Positions 36,217 through 45,044 of a stretch of 45,044 nucleotides of DNA are shown here, piece after piece; within the stretch, counting starts at the first letter, position 1; each line of letters starts with the position of its first letter. The notes below the pieces were generated by a model. That model searched no databases. It saw only the letters and a list, made by a program, of their open reading frames with translations, and was not told where the DNA came from. Origin of the DNA: Octopus bimaculoides (taxonomy: Eukaryota); the NCBI RefSeq assembly GCF_001194135.2, contig NC_068982.1:87456058-87501101 (forward strand), read 5' to 3'. Position numbers and translations under genes: made by a program.

Positions 36217-36354
36217 CAGCAGTGTGCTGTACTTCATTGTGAGACCTGTTTACAATTAAGCTGAGAGTTGGGTACAATACTGGAAATAGCATGTGAGCAT
36301 CTGGCCAGATTTTGACACATCAGCTGTAACACTTTCATTGATTAGATAACCTCA
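36217..36354 (+). ncRNA. Candidate structured ncRNA (H/ACA-like), copy 2
   Basis: As for copy 1; hinge ATAGCA (ANANNA). Confidence 0.4.
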
Positions 36355-37397
36355 ATGAATTTAGATGTTAGTAGAAAATAAAATTTGTCATTGACCACTC
36401 CAAACTCTGCATTTAAAGCCTGATCTCTTACATTACAAACAATTGGTTGACTGTATTTATCATGTTTTTGTGAGGTCAATGTATTAGACTAATAATGATA
36501 TTGTCACAAGTTTACATTTTTCTTCTGGCGTTGTGCTGTACACTCCTAGCACTCTGTAAAGCAGTTGGCATTAGAAAAGGTATCTACCCGAAGAGACCAT
36601 ACCAAAATAAACAACAGAGCTTGGTGCAGTTCCTATCAAACCGTCCTACCCACACCAATTTGGATACGAACGTTAAATGCAGCTGCTGATGATAATGATT
36701 GCGCATAATATTACTTGTCTTCAGGACAGCAATTTCCACTTCCATCTCACAGTCAAGTAATTTGTTTTGGAAAGAGAAACATCATCTCTCTTTCTCCAAA
36801 CAAAAAAACTGAGTGATAATTATATTTAAGGATGTGGGTGTACTAATCCTAACCTGAAGAGTATTTCTTTCGCTACAAAAATCGAGGCTATTTAAGTCAT
36901 AGTTTAGAGTGGCAAAAAGGGCAGAATACCGTAGTAAATTTTTTGTTGTGCTTAATTATGGCCCTCTATATTTTCATTTTAAACCCGTCTGAGGTCACAA
37001 TTTTGTTTTCAATCCCTTTGTCTCGCTAGAGAAAAAAAAATCCATCTATTTCTCTCAAATAATAAGAAATTTTATATGACACTTTTCTGAAGGAAGGAAA
37101 ATAATTGTAGCAGATGAATTTTCTGTTCGGGTAATGATTTTTAACTCTCTCGTTCGTTAACCAGAAATCGAAACTGAAAAATCGGCCATATGAACCTTCA
37201 GGATTCCATAAAATCGATTTTGCGCAGAGTAATTTCCCTTGGGATTGTTGCGATGTGTTTAGTTTTCGAAATTCAGATAAATTTCATGCCTTGAGGAAGA
37301 AAAGTATCGCTTCAAACAAAACCATCGTTCAGTATATCGCAAACCCCAACTCTATAGGCTCTAATTCGCGTCCCTGTTCGTAAAGCAGCTTTTCGTC

Positions 37398-37790
37398 ATG
37401 ACTCGGGCTGCAGTTTTGAATCGAATTGCTACAAGAGTAATACAGCGTTTGATACTGATGATGAACGAGACACACATGCTGATTCCGCCAAATTCGGTAA
37501 AAAACATACACGACGTTCTTCTTTATCTATCAGGAGGACATGAAGATGTCGGTATGTCAGGCGATCGAGGAGACTTTTATCGTCGTAAACTGGCTGAACA
37601 AATATATCTCAACTTTGCAATACAAGGCATTGATCATTATAACGTTATTGCTGTCATAAAAGCAGCTATAGATTTAGAAGAAATTTCAAAATTGGTTATG
37701 TTTGGCGAATTATCTGAAGAAAATATTGCTATAGATGATAGAATGTTTTCAATCTTGGCGAGAATATCAGGATTTTTGGAAGTAAATTAA
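37398..37790 (+). CDS. Uncharacterised 130-aa protein (possibly spliced at 37782 to a short final exon at 37936)
   Basis: ATG-initiated 393-nt ORF with non-repetitive, globular-looking composition, downstream of a CpG-rich stretch. Family not recognised. Confidence 0.6.
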   Translation: MTRAAVLNRIATRVIQRLILMMNETHMLIPPNSVKNIHDVLLYLSGGHEDVGMSGDRGDFYRRKLAEQIYLNFAIQGIDHYNVIAVIKAAIDLEEISKLVMFGELSEENIAIDDRMFSILARISGFLEVN

Positions 37791-39059
37791 AGTTATAAAT
37801 AATCCGAGTTTTCTTATATGTTTGTGATCCTTTTGCCATTGCTAAAGTTAGTTGGGTGATTCTGCACATTTTAGGTTGTTGTTTAAAATGTTGGAACATT
37901 TTAGTTACGATTCTTTAATCCTCTCCTTCTTGTAGTGGATACAGCTACTGTCATGAACTTACGACAATGATGCAGTTTTAAAGGGTTTCTGCCAACAAGT
38001 TCCAATACAAACAATAAAGTGGCTAACTGGCAAGTAGTATTTCTTTTATCTATTATGTTCTGAGTTCAAATCCTGCTGATATCAACTTTGCCTTTCATCT
38101 CTTAAAGGGGACGATGTAATTTACATGCTCCCTCCCTTCAAATTTGCTGACTTTGAATCCTGCAACAGACTGCTGTTCCCTATAGAAGGATTTTGTGATC
38201 TTGGTCACTCTCACGCCATGGAAACTGAGTAACCAACCTCATGGGTCCAAGACTTTAACTAAAGAATATAAACAATAATTACAAAAAATTTGCAAAAGAA
38301 ACTGATTTATATCACCATTAGGAAAAGAAACAAGACTTTTGTGCAGGAATTTCTTTGAAAAAAGATCCTATCTGAAACCTCAGCTTCCTTCCTCATGGCA
38401 TTATTGATTCTCCTATGAAAACATGCAGAACTTATTATTTATCAATGTTGACCACCACTGGTCCTTTTGGATTCTACTTTACACTGTAATATTATTACCA
38501 TGTGGACCATTTAATGTAAGCCTTTCTCTTGATAGGAGGTATGAGCATCAACACAACACAACACCAACAACAAATATTGCTGTTTCTTTTTATAATCAGA
38601 CATAAGAGGAACAGAATCTGTAACCTTTGCAGACCCTCTGAGACTGGTAATGTAGATGCATCACTTTGAACAGATATAGACCAGTGTTTTGAATAAAAAC
38701 TGTTGGCAGGGATGGATTCCAGTAGGTGGAGAGGGTAAATAGTTAACTATTCCAAAACACAAGTCATTGGACTAATTAGTAGATAATAGAAGAAGCAAAT
38801 AGAGTTAGTGGTTTTACCATTTCAGTGATAACACATACAGAGATATGGCAGTGAATTAACAGCAGTATTTACCTATAGCCCTTCATTTTGGAGTTCAGAT
38901 CCTGCTGTTATTGCCTTTTAATCTTCTGGAGTCTATATACAAGTACCTATAAAATTAATAGGACTGATCACTTGTTGAAAAGTATCTCTGATTGCCAAAA
39001 GCTCAAGCTATTTCAGCATTATTGTGTGAATAAATAAGGTAGTGAGTTGGAAACTAGTA

Positions 39060-39240
39060 AGCATGCTGGGAAAAATGCTTAGTGGCATTTTGTCTTGTCT
39101 TTACTCTCTGAGATCAAATTCTACTGAGATCATCTTAGCCTTAAATCCCTTCAGGGTTGATGAAATAAGTATCAGTTGGTGTAATTGACTAGTCCCCTCC
39201 TGCAAAATTCAGATTTTGTGCCTATAGTAGAAAGGATTAT
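39060..39240 (+). mobile_element. SINE (second octopus-type family; other partial copies at about 12915, 14830, 38055, 38880, 39320, 39500, 43445)
   Basis: aaaatgcttagtggcattt...tctgagatcaaattctactgag...ccttcagggttgatgaaataagtatcagt...ggattat. Confidence 0.65.
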
Positions 39241-40150
39241 TGTATGAATAGATGAATAGTTGTAATAATGTTTCTGATTTAGTGAAAAGTACTGAAATTC
39301 TGAAGGGAGGGTTTAGCAAATTACATTGATTCCACTACTCAACTGGTACTTTATTAACTCAGAAAGGATGAATACCAAAGATGACCCTGGAGTGACTGCA
39401 ACTCAGAACTGGAACAATTCTTTTAAGTTCTGAGTTGAAAGTACATGGTATATTTTTCCAATGTTCAAATAAAGTGGCTAACTGGCAAGTAGTATTTCTT
39501 CTATCTTTTATGTTCTGAGTTCAAATCCTGCTGATATCAACTTTGCCTTTCATCTCTTAAAGGTTGATGAAATAAAGTAACTGTTGAGAAACCAACAGAG
39601 AAGCTTGGATTTGGTCATTCAACAATTCATCAACATCTACGTGCCATTGGAAAAGTCAGCAAATTGGATCAATGGGCTCCTCACAAACTTTCTGAGTCTA
39701 ATCATTTGCAGAGAGTGAATGCGTGCTCTTCTTTGGTAGGAAAAATTAGTCAATTGAATTAACCCTTCGGAGCCAATCAATGCCTTATGAAATTGGGAGA
39801 TGGAAATATCTATACATCATTCTCATCTTTTAATGTTCAGTTATCCATATTTGTTGAGGCAAATTTTCTACATCCTGTTGCCAATCCTCACCTATTTCCA
39901 AGCAAGGTGATAGTTCAACATAACCAGACATGTTTTCACAGAAGATTGGATACAAACAGCAACATATATGAAGGTGATGCTTGTCTACAGCCATCTCTTG
40001 ATGTCAAGACGAGCAAATGTACATGTATGTGTGTATGAATGTAAACAAACAAATATTTTTTTTTATCAGAGGTGCCAAATGTGTATTGTAAGATGCAAAT
40101 AAAAAAATATCTTATTTGTATCATACAATACACGCACACACACACACATA

Positions 40151-41420
40151 TACTGGTTTGTCCCATAAATAATACATTTTTTTCAATTGCATGAACTAAA
40201 AGTCAGAGGGGGATGGGATAAACTACCTGCATCAACTTGCTATAAAAGCAGGTAGTAATTTTACCTTGTTCTTATTCTTAGTTTTCAAGTTTTGAAGAGT
40301 GCAGTTTGATTTTAAGTTATTTTTTCAAAGCTATAATGGAAGTGACAAAGGAGCATATTTGGCATATTTTACTTTACGATTTCAATAAAGGCAACAACGC
40401 AATGGAAGTGTAGGGAATATTAATGCAGTATATGGGGATTGGACAATAAGCATGAGCCAGAGTCAACAGTAGTTCCAGAAATTCTGAGCCAAAAGCTATA
40501 TAGCCTAGTAGATGAGCTTCATTCTGGAAGATCTGTAGAGCTTGACACGGACGTCCTGCAAACCTTGGTGGAACAAAACCCCATCATAACTGTTGAGAAA
40601 CTAGCAGAGAAGCTTGGATTTAGTCATTCAACCATTCATCAACATCTGCGTGCCATTGGAAAAGTCAGCTAATTGGATCAATGGGTTCCTCACAAACTTT
40701 GAGTCTAATCATGTGCAGAGGGTGAATGTGTGTTCTTCTTTGCTGTCATGTCTCACAAATGAACATTTTTTGGACTGAATAACGACGGGAAATGGGTTCT
40801 CTATAAAAATGTCAAGTGTCAAAGACAGTGGGTAAGGAAAGGAGAAACACTGTCATCCCAGGCTAAAGAAGGTCTTCACCCATATAAGATGTTATCTGTT
40901 TGACAGGATATGAAAGGTTTAGTCGCCTTTGAACTTTTAAACCCAAACCCCAAAAAATAACAAAAGAAATCTACTCCAAGCAGCCTGAGTGGCTTAAGTC
41001 AGCACAAGAAGAAAAACGACCATCTTTGGTTTCAAGATGAAAAGTGTTCTTCCATCAGGAAAATGCTTGACCACATACAGCAAGGTTGACATTCCAAAGG
41101 CTGGAGCTGTTTGAATGGGAAATGATGCCCCACCCACCATATTCACTGGACATTGCCTCATCTGATTATCATTTATTCTGCAGTCTACAAAATCATTTGG
41201 ATGGAAAAAATATGAATTCTGTAGACAATGTCAGAACAATGCTGGAAGAGTATTTTTCATCACAGACAAGTGAATTTCAGGACCTTGCAAGTCTACCAGA
41301 TAGATGGAAAGGCATTGTAGAAAATGAAGGAGAGTATATTTTAGATAAAAAACTTTTTTTAACCTTAATTTTGAAAAATAAAATATATAGAAAAAACATT
41401 ATTTATGGGATGACCCAATA
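40151..41420 (+). mobile_element. Full-length, inactivated mariner (DD34D) transposon
   Basis: Imperfect TIRs ta|ctggtttgtcccataaataat ... attatttatgggatgacccaa|ta with TA ends. Transposase relics MEVTKEHIWHILLYDFNKGNNA, WVPHKL and HPPYSLDIASSDYHLF; multiple stops and frameshifts. Confidence 0.92.
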
Positions 41421-42401
41421 TATATATCTTCTTATAAATTTGAGTGATGCTTCTGTCCATTGTGTTTTTAATGTTTGTTAACTCCTCCTAGACCGTTGGT
41501 GTAAGGACTACGAAACTCAAATAGCAACTCCTCTAATCCAAGGGAATGTCCTAAAGGGGTCTGTTTTTTTAAGGCCGTCTCATTGGGGTCCCACTGACCG
41601 CCCATATTCTTACTGCATTTACCTCGCTCCTATGCTTATTGATAAAACTATGATCAGCATCAGTGCTTGGCACATTTGCAGAAATAAGTTTGGGCATTCT
41701 AAATACCTTCACGTACATTCAAATTGAGATAAAGAGTTATAACAAGTACATTTCAAGAGTGGCAACATGGATATTTATATTTTGTAGTTTATGAAAATTA
41801 TGTCTAGTATATATATATATATATATATGCTTCTTTCAGTTTCCATCTATCAATCCAGTCAAAAGGCTTTGGTCAACCTGAGACACTTGGTGCTGAGAGT
41901 GGGACTGAACTGAAAACCACATGGTGGGAAGCAAAGTTCTAAACAACAAACCTACAACTCTGACATACATACATTCCACAGATGACATCCAGATATTTTC
42001 CGTATAGAAGACACTTAGTCGTGCTCAAAAAAGATTTTAATTTAGACTCTGATATCTTTACAGGGTATTGATTCTACATGGTAAAGAAAGCCTATAAGAG
42101 GGATCATATTTAAAATATTTAATGTATCTAATTTGTTTATCTGCGTAATTGCCCCCCCCCTCTCTCTATATATATACACACACATACACACTTTAAGTAT
42201 ATTTATAGCTGCTTTTTTTTCTGCATTTATTACACTCTTATAATTTGAAACAACTTCATTAAAGAGTGTATTAGACTAAGTTATCAACAGATGTCTAATG
42301 TGAGTCAAAATAAAATTAAAAACAAACAAATGATTTTAAAATTATTTAATTAAAGGTTTCAAATAATTTTCTAATGAACGTTAAAGAAACTTTGTTAAGG
42401 T

Positions 42402-42515
42402 TCAGACTTTATTATCGGTCATTCTTTTCATTAATGCATTCATTAGGTCCACATTTTCGGTTTTTACCAAAACAATATCAAATGCATTTTTGTATATCTC
42501 CAAACTTTCATCAAC
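42402..42515 (-). CDS. NT5C3: Cytosolic 5'-nucleotidase III family, last coding exon (114 nt)
   Basis: tttttttttctag|VDESLEIYKNAFDIVLVKTENVDLMNALMKRMTDNKV*; matches the NT5C3 C-terminus (VDELLEKYMDSYDIVLV) and is in phase 0 with the upstream exon. Not in the ORF track. Confidence 0.9.
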   Translation of the reverse strand, partial: VDESLEIYKNAFDIVLVKTENVDLMNALMKRMTDNKV

Positions 42516-42621
42516 CTAGAAAAAAAAAATGAGATAACATCAGAAATAAATATATTTGAGCAAACATAGAATCTGGAAGATTCATTTGGAAAATGAAGTC
42601 TTCTATTATCTGTGTTAGCTG

Positions 42622-42737
<116 letters not shown>

Positions 42738-43929
42738 GAAAGAGCAGCATTAGCACCAAGCAGTAATGAGGAATAAACAAAGTTAAGGTTGGTTTAAATA
42801 TATTTGTGACATTTTACCAACTTAAGGTAAATTCACTACAGTTGTCATGGGGAAAAATTCTCTCTTATGGTAAAAAGTGTAAAAACACCATATCTGCTCA
42901 GTGCTTCATCCCAGCAGGTTCCCAAACATGTTTCTGGCTCTTTAGCCTTCCTCAATGAAAAATAGCGAAAGGAGATAACCCTGAATGGATTCAAAGCTGT
43001 AACTTAACATAAAAAAAAGTTAACATCATTGACCAAGTTGTGCTCATGGACAACCTTGTCAGAATAACTGCTTGGCTCTGATGCTGCTATTTTTTGTTCT
43101 GACTTTAATTTATCAGCCCCAATGGGATGAAAAGCAAAGTGGACTTCAGCAGGATATGAACTCAAAATGTAAGTATCTTTCTGTATTTTGAGTGCAAAAT
43201 GCACAATACTGTTTTTTTATGCCAAAGATGCAGAAGTAACATAATAAAATTTATAACACACTAACACTAAGAGAGAACCTTTGTAAAACTGAATTTAACA
43301 AAAGCTAAAAGTTTTGGTCTGCTAATAGTTTGGCTCTTAATATAAAGAATTCAATGATGGGAATGTAAAGAGATGTGAGCAAGATGGGATAAGAAACAAA
43401 ATCAAGACTATTCTTTATTCATTGCGAATATAATGTATTTAGTTACATCCCTTTATGTTCTGAGTTTCAATTCCTGTGTTGGACAAAATGCCTAGTGGCA
43501 TTTCTTCCAGCATTGTCTGTTCCAATTCCTCCACTGCCAATTTTGCTTTCCATTGGTGAGCTGGCCAAACCATTACCACACTGAACAAAATGCCCAGTAG
43601 TGTTCCTTTCAGCTCCTTATCTTCTAAGCTCAATCTTACCTTTCATCCTTTTGGGGTCAATAAAATAAAGTACCAATCAAGCACCGGAGTCAATGTAATT
43701 GACTTCTTTGCTCCCTTAAAATTCCTGACCTTGTGCCAAAATTTGAAACCATTATAATAATTATCATAAATTACATAACTAGAGGTTGGCATCAGATTGA
43801 GTTCAGGATATAGCTGAAAGATTCCTGAATTCATATTGTCATTGATGCTGTATATAGTGTTTATAACAAAAAAAACCATGATGAGGTACAGACCACTATT
43901 TATCATGTGCAATACTGAATAATCTTTTA

Positions 43930-44133
43930 CTTGTTTCAGCCACTAGACTGCAGCCATGCTGGGACACCACCTTCAAAGGTGTAGTCAAAGAAATCAACCT
44001 CAGTATATATTTCTAAGTCTGGTACTTATTCTATCAGTCCCTTTCACTAAACTAGTAAGCTATGGGGACATAAACAAACCAACACCAGTTGTCAAGCAGT
44101 AGTGGAGGATAAATACATATACACACACATTTT

Positions 44134-44168
<35 letters not shown>

Positions 44169-44330
44169 AACAATGGGTTTCCACACAGTTTCTGTCTACT
44201 AAATTCCCTCACATGGCATTAGTCAGCCTGGGGATATAGTAGATAACACAAGCCATGCACTGGGACTGAATCTGAAACCACATGGTTGCAAAGCAAGCTC
44301 CTCAACCATATGGCCATGCCTGTGCCAATC
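43930..44330 (-). mobile_element. tRNA-derived SINE with internal (AT)n
   Basis: Same family as 16860-17222. Confidence 0.75.
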
Positions 44331-44620
44331 AGTAATAATAAATGACATTTATAAGGGGTTTGGAGATACAGCCAATATAACTGGTAATTAGTTTATTAGT
44401 CAAGGGAAAAGAAACACAAATTTAACCTAAAAGGGTGAGGCATTAAAATTAGATAACAAAATTCATGGTTACTTTCATCCTTGTTTATCACCATCACTAT
44501 AATCATCATTAGAATAGTCATCTCTTTAAAGCTTATATGAGGAGGAATCTATTACAAAATGTATATACAGTTTAATTAAAAAGAAAAAAAAACAAAGAGG
44601 AAAAAGAAAAAAGCTTGTAC

Positions 44621-44815
44621 CCTTTCATTGAGGTAGCCAATTTTAAGAATTGTAGAACTGTCTTTGGCTCCATCTGCTAAGTGCAAGTCACCAACAGAGT
44701 CACCTAACAGTATTATGTTTGATCTCTGATTGTTGAAATAGCCAGATTTATGAATAGCACACTTGTTTTTATTGAATGTATGAATGATTTCATCATAAAA
44801 ACCAACCATTTTATC
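44621..44815 (-). CDS. NT5C3: Cytosolic 5'-nucleotidase III family, penultimate coding exon (195 nt); the rest of the gene lies beyond the right edge
   Basis: ttttccag|DKMVGFYDEIIHTFNKNKCAIHKSGYFNNQRSNIILLGDSVGDLHLADGAKDSSTILKIGYLNER|gtacaa; HAD motif IV GDSxGD. The A versus B subtype cannot be resolved. Confidence 0.93.
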
Positions 44816-44879
44816 CTGGAAAAGAAAGAGAAAAAAAATATGTTTCTTTAGTCTGATGTGGATTTTGTACATGAAGACA

Positions 44880-45044
44880 GACGGACATACATGCATATGT
44901 GTATGCATGTATGTATGTATGCATGCATGCATACATGTATACATACATATATACATACATGTATACATATATGCATACATATATATATATACATACATGT
45001 ATATATACATACATACGTGTGTGTATATATATATATATATATAT
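44880..45044. repeat. Complex AT/AC/ATGT microsatellite
   Basis: Direct reading. Confidence 0.9.

Noticed and set aside
38600-38740. Possible further exons for the 37398 ORF (e.g. CWQGWIPVGGE before gtaaat)
   Set aside because: Weak acceptor or in-frame stops in the required phase; cannot be supported.
44576-45010. 144-aa ORF taken as a whole protein
   Set aside because: Only 44621-44815 is an exon; the N-terminal part is microsatellite and the tail is intron.

Overview
AT-rich, repeat-dense animal genomic scaffold with four sizeable N-gaps and one 10-N gap. The retroposon and microsatellite landscape resembles an Octopus-type cephalopod genome (inference from recalled repeat sequences, not a database result). 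Genes: FKRP on the minus strand (single coding exon, 6007-7521); a complete six-coding-exon prohibitin-1 on the plus strand (20360-35016, 822 nt, 273 aa); the last two coding exons of a cytosolic 5'-nucleotidase III (NT5C3-like) on the minus strand (44621-44815, 42402-42515); and an unidentified 130-aa ORF at 37398-37790 (+). Mobile DNA: RTE LINE relics, tRNA-derived SINEs, an internally inverted Penelope-like element, a Merlin-like MITE with an 8-bp TSD, a dead mariner and a possible LTR pair. Best leads: (1) three related, degenerate minimal hammerhead-ribozyme motifs at 15.4-16.1 kb, plus a fourth hammerhead-like core at the Penelope 3' end; (2) an ungapped 138-nt non-coding duplicate downstream of prohibitin with a two-hairpin, H-box (H/ACA-like) layout; (3) the orphan ORF.
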